From Mobula hypostoma (taxonomy: Eukaryota): DNA of 64,000 nt. A program made the translations under genes and the position numbers. This document shows positions 1 through 13,092 of this stretch, in pieces. Each line of letters starts with the position of its first letter. The first letter of the stretch is position 1. The stretch is from the NCBI RefSeq assembly GCF_963921235.1, contig NC_086097.1, positions 237,090,001-237,154,000 of the forward strand. The letters are read 5' to 3'. The notes under the pieces were generated by a model that saw nothing but the letters and a program-made list of their open reading frames with translations, was not told the origin of the DNA and did no database searches.

Positions 1-605
1 TACAGTAAATATATATATATATTAAATAGTTCAGTTCAAATATGTAGTGCAAAAACAGAAATAAATAAAAAAGTTAAATTAAATAAGTAGTGCATAAAGA
101 GGTAATAAAAATGGAATGATATAGTGTTCATGGGTTCAACGTCCATTTAAAAAATTGGTTGGCAGATGGCAATAAGCTTTTCCTCAGTCACTGAGAGTGT
201 GCCTTCAGGCTTCTGTATCTCCTTCTTGATGGTAACAGTGAGAAAAGGGCATGTCCTGGGTGGTGGGGGTCCTTAATGATGGATGCTGCTTTCCTGAGGC
301 ACTGCTCCTTGAAGATGTCTTGGATACTACAAAGACTAGCAGTACCCATGATGAAGCTTACCAATTTTACAACTTTCTGCAATATACTCCGATCTTGTAC
401 AGCAGTCCACCCCACCTCCCTCATACCAGACAGTGATGCAGCCAGTCAGAATGCTCTCCACAGTGCATCTGTAAAGGTTTACAGGTGTTTTAGGTGACAA
501 ACCAAATCTCCTCAAGCACCAAATGAAATAGCAGCCGTCGTGCCTTCTTTGCAACTACATCAATATGTTGCGACCAGGTTAGGTCCTCAGAGATATTGAC
601 ACCAG
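1..605 (-). mobile_element. Rex1/Babar-like LINE 3' fragment
   Basis: Frameshifted remnants LRRFG..LYRCTVESILTGCITVWY and CLRKAASIIKDPHHPGHALFSLLPS.RRYRSL, typical of the ORF C-terminus of this clade. Confidence 0.75.
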
Positions 606-1259
606 ATGACGCATGATTCAGCAACAGGGCCAAATGCATTATCCATTCAGAATATTGAAAATGGGTGCATTTGTTTCATGGCACTGATGTTCTCCTGCAA
701 TGTTTTCTGTCTACTGCTCAAATGCTACATATGTTGAAATTATTTCCAGCATAGCAAAGCAAATGCTATTAATCTATATCAGAACAAGGAACTGGCCTGT
801 TTAAGCCTGAGGATACTGTTACACAGTTCCCTCATAAACCCAATGTTCCTTTCTGCTCTCTGTAACACCGAAACAACTGCACATCTACACTCTTCGATCC
901 CTTGGGTTTAAGGTTTGCCAGCAATTCTCTCATGTGCTAATTCTCAACTGTTTGTGTGAATACATTCTTGGTGCTAATGAAGCCAGAGACTACAATATCA
1001 CTGAGACCGTCCAGAAAGGATAAACTGCCAGAATTATCAAAAGCAGTATGGGGCAGATTTCTATGGTGCTCCAGGGAGTGTTTAAATGAAATTAAAAAAA
1101 TCCATGAAGCTTACGATGTCACCATCTCTGTGACAGAGTTGTTGACATTCCTGTAATTAAACTAACATTTTTGGAACTACCAACACGGAACTCTAAATAT
1201 GTTTTCATGAGCACAAACATAAAACAAGAAATACTAGGCTAAAATCCTTCACAAATTAG

Positions 1260-1955
1260 AACATTTTGAGGATCTGTCCAGGACCCTCCACATAAGAGCA
1301 ATTGCAAAGCAAACATGGCAGCACCTCTGTTTTCTTAGGAGTCTGCATAGATTCCGCATGACATCTAAAACTTCGATAAGTTTCTATAGATGTGTCGTGA
1401 AGAGTGTATTGACTGGCTGCATCATAGCTTGGTATGGGAAACGGCAATATCTTTGAACTGAAAATTCCACAGAAGGTAGTGGATTCAACCCAGTCCATCA
1501 CCGGTCAAGGCCTCTCAATCATTGAAACATGAAACACTGTCGTAGAAAAGCAGCAGCCATCATCAGAAATCCCTACCACCAAGGTCATGCTCTCTTCTTG
1601 CTGCTGCAATCAGGTAGAAGTTACAAGAGCCTCAGGACTCACACCACTAGGTTCAAGAACAGTTACTACCCCTCAACCATCAGGATCTTGAATAAAAGGG
1701 GATAACTGCTCACTTGTAACCCTCTTTGAGATATTCCCACAAGCAACGAGCTTACTTTGACAACTCTTTATCTCATTATCTCGTTTTCTCGTTACTTATT
1801 GATATTTAATATTATTTGCAGTTACACAGTTAGTCGTCTTCTGCACTCTGGTTGATCTTTCATTGATCCTGTTATAGTTACTGTTCTATAGATCTCCAAG
1901 ATTGTATGTGATGACATATATGTACTTTGGTAATAAAACTTACTTTGAACATTTA
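1260..1955 (+). mobile_element. Rex1/Babar-like LINE 3' fragment
   Basis: Same C-terminal motifs at nucleotide level (gagagtgtattgactggctgcatc..., ggtcatgctctcttcttgctgctg), ending in AATAAA plus a tttgaac tail. Confidence 0.7.
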
Positions 1956-2357
1956 AATAGCTGCAGGAGATATTAGTATAAATTTTCTTTGTCATATCTG
2001 AACAGAACATTTTGTCTTGATTAATAGGGGTGTTAAATAAAAGGAGAAGGCAGGAGAATAGGGTTGAGAGGGATAATAAATCAGCCATGATTGAATGGCA
2101 GAACAGACTTGATGGGCCAAATGCCAAATTCTGTTCCTAGTATGTCTTATGGTCTTATGGACTAGAAAAACAGGATATCAAACACATAGAAATATCCTAC
2201 CCTACAGCAGGACAAAAAAAATCATACTTAAAACTGTACAATATTAAAAATATTACTAGGGCATTCACTGACGATTTTTCATTTCCATTAATGAGTAGCT
2301 TATCTTTTAAAAGCATAATTCGCGGCACAAGGAGAGCAAGTTGTTTAAATTCCTTAC

Positions 2358-2543
2358 CATTACACCTCGGTGGACTGTTCTGGTTGTTCCACATACCATC
2401 CTGTTGGCACATGGCAGAGGAATGCTCCTTCGATGGAAACCGGTAGCCATCATTGCAAAAGTAGCTGACACGTGTGCCTACTGAGTAATCGGTGGCAAAA
2501 ACTCCTCCATTTGCTGATGCTTTGGGTGCACCACATGATATTG
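2358..2543 (-). CDS. CSMD3: CSMD3-like coding exon (Sushi domain)
   Basis: (A)ISCGAPKASANGGVFATDYSVGTRVSYFCNDGYRFPSKEHSSAMCQQDGMWNNQNSPPRCN. Acceptor TTGTTCCAG, donor GTAAGG, 186 nt. The gene continues beyond both window edges. Confidence 0.93.
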
Positions 2544-2699
2544 CTGGAACAAACGACTCACCTCATGAATAAGTTTATTTTTTTAATGAAACTATATTAG
2601 CAGAGCTAATTGATCAAATAAAAAAGTAGAATATGGCAGGTATAGTTAAAGACCTTTGCAGAGCGAACTGTAGGAGAGAACTTGTATATTTCTTTTCTT

Positions 2700-2970
2700 T
2701 TACTTTATTGAGATACAATAGGCCCTTCTGGCTCTTCGAGCCTGCCACCCAGCAATCCCCCAATTTAATTCTAGCCTAAGCATGGAGCAATTTACAATGA
2801 CCAGTTAACCTACCAACCAGTGCATCTTCCAACTGTGGGAGGAAAGATGAACACCCATAGAAAACACACGTGGTCACTGGGAAAATGACAAACTCCTTAC
2901 AGGCAACAGTGGGAATTGACCCTGGGTCGCCAATATTGTAAAGCACTGTGCTAACTACTATGCTGTCGGG
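2700..2970 (-). mobile_element. tRNA-derived SINE (V-SINE-like), degraded
   Basis: Reverse complement carries a tRNA-like head (gcatagtagttagcacag) and the ggttaactggtcattgtaaattg core shared with 46438-46650. Confidence 0.6.
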
Positions 2971-2989
2971 CTGCCCCTTTCAAGAAAGA

Positions 2990-3585
2990 AATCGGCAGAG
3001 AGAAAGGAAGACAAGAAATATTCCAAGTATGATTCGGGAGAATTCCAAGACCCTCTATAATTCTATCAGGACCAAGATTGCAGCTGGCAAACAAGTGAAA
3101 GTAGGTTCCCTTAGGGTTGAGCAAGGCAATATAGACAAGATCCTGAATGAAAATTTCTTATCTGTATTCACCAAGAAGGAATCTCAACAAATGAATCTCA
3201 GGGTTGTATCTGGTGACATTTATGTAATTTGATAATAAATTTTACTTTGAACTTTGAAGGATATGGAAAATAATGAGCTGAGGGAGGAGATCTATTATGA
3301 ATGAGATCTATCACGGATTGCTATGGGAAACAAGGAAGGACATAGCTAGATGCCTAAGGGAGATTTTTGCATCTTTGTAAGTCACAGGTGAGGTGACAGA
3401 ATACTACAGGATGGCTAATGTTGTTCCTTTGTTTAAGAAGGGAAGCAGAGAAATGGATAACTGCAGATTAGTGAGCCTTTCATCAGTGGTGCTGAAACTA
3501 TTCAAGAAAATATTGAGGAACAGGAATGATGTACATTTGGAGAGGCGGGGACTGGTCAATGGTGGTCTGCACGGCATTCTACTTG
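2990..3585 (+). mobile_element. CR1 LINE ORF2 relic
   Basis: ILNENFLSVFTK and RMANVVPLFKKGSRE..NCRLVSLSSVV.KL motifs, with many stops and frameshifts. Confidence 0.75.
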
Positions 3586-4397
3586 GTTGCCATCACCATC
3601 GGGCATGCAGGAGGTCAATGCATAGGATTGGAAAATGCCGCAGAGAGTTGTAAACTCAGCCAGCTCCATCACCGGCACCTGATTCCCCCAGCATCCAGGA
3701 CACCTTCAAAAGGTGATTCCTCAAAAAGGCATAACCCTTCATTATGGCTACCGCCACCACCCTTCACCCAAGACGCGCTCTCTTCTCATTACTACCGTTA
3801 AGGAGGAGGTAGATATATTTCTTAATGTAACTACACTTTATCTATTGCTCTGGACTGCTGCCACAAAACAAATTTCATAACGTATATCAGTGATAATAAA
3901 CCTGATTCTGATTCTAAAGACTGATAAAGGCGGAAGGAGGCATAGTCTACTTTACAAGATTCTGCATGGTAGGTTGGTCTAAAAGTTTGAGGCACATGCA
4001 ATCCAAGGTGAGTACACTTATTGAATCCAAAACCGGCTTGTCATAAAAGGCAGTGGGTAGTGATGGAAAGATGCTATCTCGATTCGAAGTAGGTGACCAG
4101 TGTGTTAGCCATGGTGGATTTAAAATATGGAAGAAAACATCAAACTCGAATGGACGAAGGTCAGTGAAAGCAGATAGATCAATTGTCTTTGTTCTTGCCA
4201 TGTGCTTGGAGATGGAGGCTGCCATCTTGTGGAACTGTTTTAAGTTCTCCATTTTGTGTGTGAGTTGCTTGGCTTGATCAATGTTTTAGAGAAGACCCAA
4301 TGATGCTTCTCGTAGTGTGCTGTACTGGAGATCATTTCCAAATAAGAAGATATTTGTGAGATGTTCTTTGGTTGGATATAATATGAAGATTTTTCAA

Positions 4398-5935
4398 ATC
4401 ACAAAGAAGGGAAAACCTGAAGATACTGGAAATCTGAGCAACATACACAGGTGCTGGAGGAACTCAGCAGGCCAGGCAGCATCTATGGAAAAAAGTACAG
4501 TCAACATTTCGGGAGAAAATTCTGCAGAAAAAAGAGCTGAGGAATAGATTTAAACGGTGGGGGGGGGGGGGGAGGGTAGAGAGAACCAGGTGATAGGTGA
4601 AACCTGGAGAGGGAGGGATGAGGTAAAGATCTGGGAAGTTGATTGGTGAAAGAGACAGAAGGCCATGGAAGAAAGAAGGGGGAAGGAGCACCAGATAGAG
4701 TTGATGGTGGGCAAGGAGAAAAAGTGAGAATAGGAAAAGGGGATGGGAAATGGAGAAGGGGGTGGAGGGTTGGGGGACATTACCGGAAGTCTGAAAATTT
4801 ATGTTCATGCCATAAGGTTGGAGGCTACCCAAACGGAATACAAGGCGCTGTTCCTCCAACCTAAGTGTGGCCTCATCACGAGAGTGGAGAAGGCCATGGA
4901 TGGACATATTGGAAAGGGAAGTGGAATTAAAATGGGTGGCTACTGAGAGATCCCACTTGTTCTGGTGGACAGAGCGTAGATGCTTGGCGAAGCGGCCTCT
5001 CAATCCAGCATAGGGTTCCTCTTGTCCTCAGCTACCACCCCATCAGCCTCCACATCCAACACACCACGTCCAACAGGATCCCTCAATCAAACACATCCTT
5101 CCCTCCACTCCGCCCCCCCGCCACTTTCTGCTTTGAGCAGGGATCGCTCCCTATGCGACTCCCTTCTCCATTCATCCTTGCCCACTGATCTCCCTCTTTG
5201 TACTTCTCCTTGCAAGTAGAACAAGTGCTATACCTGCCCCTACAGCTCCTCCCTCACTACCATCCAGAGTCCCAAACAGTTCTTCCAGGTGAGGCGACAC
5301 TTCACCTGTGTGTCTGTTGGGGTCATTTACTGTGTTTGGTGCTCCCGGTGTGACCTCCTGTACATCGTTGAGACCCAATGTAGATAGGGAGACCGCTTCG
5401 CAGAGCATCTACCCTCCGTCCGCCAGGACAAGCGGGACCTCCCAGAGGCAACACATTTTAATTCCGCTTCTCATTCCGATACATCAATCCATGGCCTCCT
5501 CCACTGTCGTGATGAGGCCACACTTAAGTTGGAGGAACAACACTGTATATTCTGTTTTGGTAGCCTCCAATCTGATGGCATGAATATCGATTATTCAAAC
5601 TTCCAGTAATGCCCCCCAACCCCTTCCTTCTCCATTTCCCATCCCCTTTTCCCTCTCTCTTTATCTCTTTGCTCACCCACCATCTCCTTCTGGGGCTCCT
5701 TCTCCCTTTTTGTTTCTTCCATGGCCTTCTGTCTCTTCCACCAATCAACTTCCCAGCTCTTTACCTCATTCCTCTCCCTTCAGGTTTCCCCTATCATCTG
5801 GTGGTTCCCGCTCCCCTCCCCCCACCCTTTAAATCTACTTCTCAGCTTTATTTCTCCAGTCCTACTGAAGGATTTCGGAACAAAGCGTCGACTATACTTT
5901 TTTCCATACATGCTGCCTGGCCTGCTGAGTTCCAT
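4398..5935. mobile_element. Penelope-like element with inverted structure (4398-5003 minus, 5004-5935 plus)
   Basis: Both arms are homologous to the GIY-YIG C-terminus and 3' terminal repeat of the element at 47783-49453 (RFAKHLRSV..VATHFN..LEEQRLVFRLGSLQP). The 3' ends point outward. Confidence 0.8.
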
Positions 5936-6544
5936 ATGCAGGTTTTTGACTATTGGAGCCAGTATCTATTTTGCATGAATCAAACACATTGCTGATTGAG
6001 AACACAAAGCCATAAATCATCAAATGTCACTTGCTGGGAGAGAACTAATGGCTGCAGGTCTGGAGAAGAGCCAATAAAAAGGTGTTAAAGGTCAGACACA
6101 TGACCCACAGCCAATGACACTGGACCACAACATTTGAGTTGATTAGAAATCAATATAAAAGTGGATACTTTGATTGTGCTATCAGCAATGACTCGGGAAA
6201 GATCACCATCACGAGGAAGAACACTCATGTCAGAGGCTGGGAGAAGAAAGGATCAATTGTCTGGCCAATGGAGATCCTCCATTTTGGTGTTTTAAATTGG
6301 AAAAGTGGCTTAAGTGAGTATTGGTACAGAGGGAACTGTAGAATATATGTTCTAAGTTGTTGGCCTGGGGTCAACATAGTTACATTATTGTTTGTGCAAA
6401 GACAATAATGTGCGAACTTCGATTAATTACGGATTGCATATTGAATTTCCTGACCTAGTTCCGTTGACGAATGATCAACAAGTCGTATATTGCAGGGATG
6501 GATGCCGGAACCTTGGCTGCATCTATTACCAATTCGCAAGAAGA

Positions 6545-7355
6545 GTAGGTCGTAAATGTTTGGATGATAGGAAAGTCGGAGATGTGGTACACAGCGAGGA
6601 AGGTTGTCCAAGGCTACAGCTGGATATAGATCAGATGGAAAGCTGGGCAGAGCATTGACATTGGGAACTTAATTCTGATAGTGTGAGGAGATGTACTTCA
6701 GGACGTCAAATAAGGGTAGGCCAAATGGCAGAGTGAAACACAATAATGATGAATAGGGGAACATTGGGGTTCAAGTCCATATTTCCCTCTAAGTAGCTGT
6801 TCATACAGATAGGGTGGTGATGGTGCCATGTAAGTATGCTTACCTTCCTAGCATTGCAAACTCTGATTGGTCCATACTAATTGGCAGACTGTGCAGTTCT
6901 GATCATTACATTACAGGAAACATGTGGTTGCTCTGCAGACGGTACAGAGAAGATCCACCAGGATGTTGCCTGCACCGGAGGACTTGAGTTATCAGAAGAG
7001 ATTGTGTAGGCTGTGTTTTTGTCTTCCCTGGGGCAAAGAAGGCTGAGGGGTGCCTTTAAAAAAAGTAAATGTAAAAAAAATAGAGACAGCCTGTAGATAG
7101 AATCTCTTTTTTCCCATGTTTGGATATCAAAACCCACAGTGCATAGTTTAAGATGAGGGGGAGAAGCTTTAATGAGGAAGCCTTCAGGGGAAGTTTCTTG
7201 TTTATTTACACAGAAAATGTTTGATATTTGGAGCTCATTGCCAGTGAAGGTTGTGGAATCAGATATAATTACTGTATTTCAGAAACATTTAAGCGGACAC
7301 CCTATATAGACATGGTGGGCCAGACAGCTTGTTTTGGAGCTATATAACTCTAAAT
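6545..7355 (+). mobile_element. CR1 LINE 3' relic
   Basis: GCPRLQLDIDQMESWAE motif and downstream similarity to the CR1 at 13128-14145. Confidence 0.7.
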
Positions 7356-8343
7356 CTTGATTATCTAAAATGGAAATTATTAAGCATGTCTTGTACAGGG
7401 TGCAGATCAGAAGTGTTGTGATGTAGGGAGAAACAGCATCAGTTCACTGGGTTGATTTTTTTCTTTAATAATGATGGAGTACTTAAATAATGTGTGATAT
7501 ATTAGGGGTGATTTGTCTTAAGTACATTCCCTTAGTTTAACAGTATAAATTCAGTTTAACAAAAGCTACATGAAGGGAATAGCTATCAATCAAGGCAGCA
7601 ATTCCTAATGTTTTACTAAATGCAAAACAGACAACCACTAATTACATTTTCCTTTAAGTCACGTGGTGGTGATTAAATGTTTACCCTTCGGGGAGAACAA
7701 CTTTGATCCCGATGTAACTGTGCTTTTCAGCAAGTAATGTAGACCTCTTGAAAGAAGCTTGACCTACTTATTTTCAAGTAGGCCATTTTCTTGATGCCTA
7801 ACTCTGACATAAGCAGAAACCCATTATAATATGCAAATTCAAGTATTGCTGTTGGCACCCTCATGCTATCCTGCCAAGCGATAGAATATGTTCAGCTTAG
7901 GATTTGGACCTCCAAGTGGTTAAAAAAATAGGAAATAATGGGAATCATAATAAAATTATTTATTTAGGCCTTTTATTTAAAATGAGAGCAGGATTTCAAA
8001 TGGGCTCATGGTATCCTAGACACAAACGTTTCTGAATTGATTTTTGAAGGATGTCAAGAAGGACCACAAATAGGGGTCAACCAAAGCTAAATGAAGTCAA
8101 ACCACAACTGAAGGCAGAGGTAAGCAAAGGTCAGAATTCATACTCTGGACTGCATGGTTAAAGCGATGGTATAGAAGTAGGACTGGCAGCCATGGATGCC
8201 AATTTGATTGGAATTTTGCTTTCCAGTTACATCTGCACAACGGCTCTGAATCTTGGGTTATCGAACAAACTGAATTGCACGTTCTCTACTCCTGAACCCA
8301 AAAATTAGAGCTTGGAATATGCGCTGCATATTCAACTTGAATT

Positions 8344-8871
8344 CAGGACTGTGCAAAAGTCTTAGGCACACATATACAGCTAGGATGCCTGAGACTTTTT
8401 GCAGAACCCTGTATTTGTCAATGTGGAGTGGGGAGCCAGTTTGTAAATCTGGCAGAGCAAAGGATGTTGGGAATGGTGAAGGTGGAGCACCATGGGAAGG
8501 CTGCGTGACAGGTGCCAGAGAAGGATGGCCGGGGGCGGAGGATGGCGTGGGTACAGAGACACTCAGTCCAAAGACATCAAGCAAGGTCATTTGATTAAAA
8601 AATTGATTTATTGATCATTACAGAATGTCTCCCTGGTGCTTCCCACTCCCTAACCCCTCCTTTCCCCTTTTCCCAACCATGATTCCCCTTTCTCTGCCCT
8701 CTTCCCACTCTCAGTCAGCAATTAGATCCACATCAAAATCAAGTTTATCATCACTCACATATTGTATTTCATGAAGTTTGTTTCTTTGCAGCAGCCGCAG
8801 TACATAAAATTACTGTAGTACTCAGTGCACCCTAGCTATATATATGTGCCTAAGACTTTTGTAGAGTATTG
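8344..8871. mobile_element. Tc1-like non-autonomous element (MITE)
   Basis: Terminal inverted repeats cag.actgtgcaaaagtcttaggcac / gtgcctaagacttttg..gagtattg-TA. Same family as 52150-52311. Confidence 0.65.
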
Positions 8872-9039
8872 TATGTTGAGAAACCCTGAAAAGAGAATTA
8901 TCTTTTCCTTCGCAAATGAATCATGATTTCCAGCATCTGCAGAATTTCTTGTATTTCTGATTTGAAGACCCATTCTTCTCTCTCATCCACGCACATACAC
9001 TGCCCTCTAAGGCTTATAACACTATTGCCAAGAATTTGT

Positions 9040-9398
9040 AGAAGGTGATGAGAGGCATTAATTGTGTGGATAGTCAGAGGCTTTTTTCCAGGGCTGAAAT
9101 GGCTAGTATGAGAGGGCACAGTTGTAAGGTGCTTGGAAGGAGGTACAGAGGAGATGTCAGGGGTAAGGTTTTTTTTGTATACAAAGAGTGATGAGTGCAT
9201 GGAATGGGCTGCCGGCGACGGTGGTAGAGGCAAATACAATAGGGTCTTTTAAGAGACTCCTGGACATGGAACTTAGAAAAATAGAGGGCTATGGGTAACC
9301 CTAGGTAATTTCTAAGGTAAGGATATGTTCGGCACACCTTTGTGGGCCAAAGGGCCTGTACTGTACTGTAGGTATTCTATGTTTCTTCTATGTTTCTA
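9040..9398 (+). mobile_element. CR1 LINE 3' end
   Basis: Similar to 13795-14140, with a tctatgtt repeat tail. Confidence 0.75.
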
Positions 9399-9616
9399 AT
9401 TTAATTTAAGGTTTTTAACTATACCTTAAGGAGTTTAGATTTTTTCTTGTTTTAAGTATCTTTAGAATACTTCTACTGTTTAGATCAGATTTGCCCTGAA
9501 AGTATACTGATCTTACTACTTACAAATTATAGGCAATTTTTCCTGAGGTTGTGATTACTGCTATTTGCAATCAGTAAGTGTCATAAATACCAGATTTACA
9601 AACAAAACTAAAGCTT

Positions 9617-10073
9617 TTATTCCATCTGGGTAGCCTCCAACCTGATGGCATTAACATTGACTTCTCTAACTTCTGCTAATGCCCCACCTCCTCCTCATAT
9701 CCCATCCGTTATTTAGTTATATACACACATTCTTTCTCTCTCCTTTTTCTCCCTCTGTCCCTCTGACTATACCCCTTGCCCATTCTCTGGGTTTTTTCCC
9801 CCCTCCCCCTTTTCCTTCTTCCTAGGCCTCCTGTCCCATGATCCTCTCATATCCCTTTTGCCAATCACCTGTCCAGCTCTTGGCTCCATCCCTCCCCCTC
9901 CTGTCTTCTCCTAACATTTTGGATCTCCCCCTCCCCCTCCCACATTCAAATCTCTTACTAGCTCTTCCTTCAGTTAGTCCTGACGAAGGGTCTTGGCCCG
10001 AAACGTCAACTGTACCTCTTCCTAGAGATGCTGCCTGGCCTGCTGCGTTCACCAGCAACTTTGATTTGTGTTG
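9617..10073 (+). mobile_element. Penelope-like element 3' fragment with terminal repeat
   Basis: Colinear with the reverse complement of 47785-48235 (LGSLQPDG.NIDFSNF, CT-rich 3' UTR, terminal repeat). Confidence 0.85.
9976..10011 (+). ncRNA. Minimal type I hammerhead ribozyme motif (PLE-associated)
   Basis: AGTC-CTGACGA-AGGGTCTTGGCCC-GAAA-C-GTC-AACT. Both core boxes are intact and stem I has one mismatch. Confidence 0.65.
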
Positions 10074-10204
10074 CCTAAAGCTTTTTAATGTGTCCCTTGC
10101 AATAGTTAAACTCCACTGGAGGCTGGAGGCAGACGTTGACCTGTACTAAGCCTTGGAGAACAGTGTATGTGCATAGATGAGAGGGAAGAATGAGGCTTCA
10201 AATC

Positions 10205-10705
10205 AGAAATACAAGAAATTCTGCAGATGCTGGAAATCCAAAGCAACACACACAAAATGCTGGAGGAAATTAGCAGGTCAGGGAGCATCTATAGAAATGA
10301 ATAAACAGTTGACATTTCAGGTCAAGACCCATCTTCAGGACTGGAAAGGAAGGGGAAAGATGCCAGAATAAATAAAAGTGGGGGGAAGGGAAGGAGGAGA
10401 GCTGGAAGCAGATGGGAAGCCAGGTGAGTGGGAAAGGTCAAGAGTGGAGAAGAAAGAATCTGATAGAAAAGGAGTGTGGGCCATGGGAGAAATGGAAGGA
10501 GGATGGGACCAAGGGGCAAGTGATAGGAAGGCGAGAAGAGGTAAAAAGTCAGAGAGGGGATGGAGAGGGATTTTGTTTTACTTGAAGAAATCAATATTCA
10601 TACCATCAGGGTGGAGGGTACCCAGGCAGAATATAAGGTGTTGCTCCTTCACCCTGAAGGTGGCCTTATTGCAGCACAAGAGGAGGCCATGGACCAACAT
10701 GCCAG
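10205..10705 (-). mobile_element. Penelope-like element 3' fragment (older subfamily)
   Basis: Minus strand shows the GIY-YIG C-terminal remnant and a terminal repeat containing CAGTC-CTGAAGA-TGGGTCTTGACCT-GAAA-TGTC. Confidence 0.75.
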
Positions 10706-10726
10706 AATTGGGTTTGTTTTGTTGTT

Positions 10727-10942
10727 TTAAAAAGCAAACACGAGGAATTCTGCAGATGCTGGAAATTCAAGCAACACATATCAAGGTTGCTGGTGAACGC
10801 AGCAGGCCAGGCAACATCTCTAGGAAGAGGTACAGTCGACGTTTCGGGCCTGACGAAGGGTCTCGGCCTGAAACGTCGACTGTACCTCTTCCTAGAGATG
10901 CTGCCTGGCCTGCTGCGTTCACCTGCAACTTTGATGTGTGTT
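10727..10942. mobile_element. Foldback mini-insertion of two inverted PLE terminal repeats
   Basis: Arms ~10772-10849 and ~10866-10943 are near reverse complements. Hammerhead core CTGACGA (10850) ... GAAACGTC lies at the centre. Flanked by GTTTGTTTTGTTGTT at 10712-10726 and 10943-10957. Confidence 0.8.
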
Positions 10943-12686
10943 GTTTGTTTTGTTGTTGTTGCTTTGTCGCTCAATATGTTCTGTTTTGAGTTCCGTGCTG
11001 TCCTGTCGAGCATCATGGCCATGTATGTCGGTGTTAGAATGTGTGGCAACTCTTGCGGGCTGACCCCAGCATACCGTTGGATGTGTTAATTGTTAATACT
11101 GTATGTTTCAATGTACACGTCATCAATAAATCTGAATCTGAATTTGAATCTGCTGGTCCTCTGCCTTAACCAGAATTTGAAGGCGAGGGAGAAGAGATTG
11201 GGAGAAGGGCTTCACCTCCGTGAATATTTCACGAGAAAATGTTTATATTCTGCCTGGTGGAGTATTTGTATTGTGACAAATATTCTCCAATGTGGTGGTC
11301 CCCTTGAGCTGTCACTATGGTAAAGGAGAAGCTACACTTCAATAAGAAGCTTGTGCACTCTTAATGCCTACGTACCAGTGCTTTTACGATGATTCCTCAA
11401 AATATTGCCTGATAAAGTCACGTGCAGCAGTTTTATCATAGAGTTACACTATTTGCAATAAAGTGATTGCTGACTAATAGAAAAGACATTTGGAGAATAG
11501 TAATAGTTGAATCAAAGATGCTGTCACCCTGACAGAACAATGGCCAATTCATGCTTCATGGAGATGTCAGATCTCCAGTAATAGAGATCAGTGTTGGAAA
11601 ACATTGAATGACTTCATAGCCACATCGTTTGCCCATTTAATCATTTTTGGCCAGTGGAAATTAACACTGAATCCCAGTCGCCTCTTGAGTTAATGCAGTT
11701 GGAGGACTTTTTACCTCCCTATGAAGACTTTGATGCCAGCATCTGATAACTGGACTCATTCCTTTTGTCCCTGCTCTGACATGCTCCAAAGCAAAGCGGA
11801 AATTGGAGAGGGTGAGCACCTCACCTTTAGAAATCGCAGGCAAAGTTTCAATTACACCGGTCTGATTTAGCTGAAATTACCATGAAATTTGCACATTTTG
11901 TGAAAGCATTAATGTGTAAAACAGCAACACCTGTAGTTGCTGGATACTCCATTTATAATGAGATATGTGCACGTATCAAACAGTGGAGCTTACTCACACG
12001 TAGCAATTTGAGAACAATTCAATTTTGTCCTTAACGCCTGCTCATCATCAGTCATTTTAATACCCATGAATTGCCTAAAATTTTATTTTTCCCCCTTATC
12101 AGTTATTATGACTGTTACCGGACAGAAGTGTTAAACACAATATTGAACAGTGCTGTTAAAGCTGTATCATTTTCCAAGCTCTATCAAGAAACAGAGTCAG
12201 AGCATCATAGAGCACTACAGCACAGAAACAGGCCCTTTGGTCCATCTAGTCCATGCCAGCTCCCTACTCCCATCGACCTGCACCTACACCTCCCATTCAT
12301 GTACCTATCCAAACTGCTCTTACATGTTGAAATCAAACGCGCACCCATCACTTCTGCTGGCAGCTCGTCCCACACTCACTATTCTCTGAGTGAAGAAGCC
12401 CCACCTCATCAGGCTCTCCTTAAATATCTCACCTTTCACCCTGAACCTATGGCCTCTAGTTCTAGACTCACCTAACCTCAGTGGAAAAAGCCTGCTTGTA
12501 TTTACACGAACTATACCCTCAGTATTCTTGAACTAGAACTCAAGGTGACCAGAATATACTTTGATCTGTTTTCAAAACTAGTAGTCCAGAGTTTTGTTTT
12601 AAATAATATCCCAATGTTTTGTTTTAAATTGGAAGCTATGTTAGTGTTATATAAGATACGGGTGAGGCCACAAGAGTATTGGGTAC

Positions 12687-13092
12687 TGTGGTAAACCATG
12701 TATATATGTTGTAACTCGGTTACCTGTCTGGACACACCCCTCTGCTGACTGCCCCTGTGGCTCCTCCCACAGAGTCCTGTATAAAGGTGTTCGCCTTGCC
12801 CCTCCCCCTCAGTCCGGGGGCAGACACTCACTGTGGAGGTCGTATTGTACAGCGAATAAAATTGAAGCACCTTCAATTACTCCAAAAGACTGAGGTTTGG
12901 TAAAAATACTGAAAGGCTTTTATTCGCTGTACAATACGACCTCCACAGTGAGTGTCTGCCCCCGGACTGAGGGGGAGGGGCAAGATGAACACCTTTATAC
13001 AGGACTCTGTGGGAGGAGCCACAGGGGCAGTCAGCAGAGGGGTGTGTCCAGACAGGTAACCGAGTTACAACATATATACATGGTTTACCACA
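12687..13092. mobile_element. 406-bp element with 175-bp inverted LTR-like arms and 5-bp TSD
   Basis: Arms 12687-12861 and 12918-13092 (2 mismatches seen). Termini TGTGG..CCACA, TSD GGTAC at 12682-12686 and 13093-13097, TATAAA and AATAAA in each arm. Confidence 0.9.

Noticed and set aside
9822..11089. Recurrent ORFs such as MLVNAAGQAASLGRGTVDVSG and DEGSRPETSTVPLPRDAAWPAAF
   Set aside because: Translations of the non-coding PLE terminal repeat, not a peptide family.
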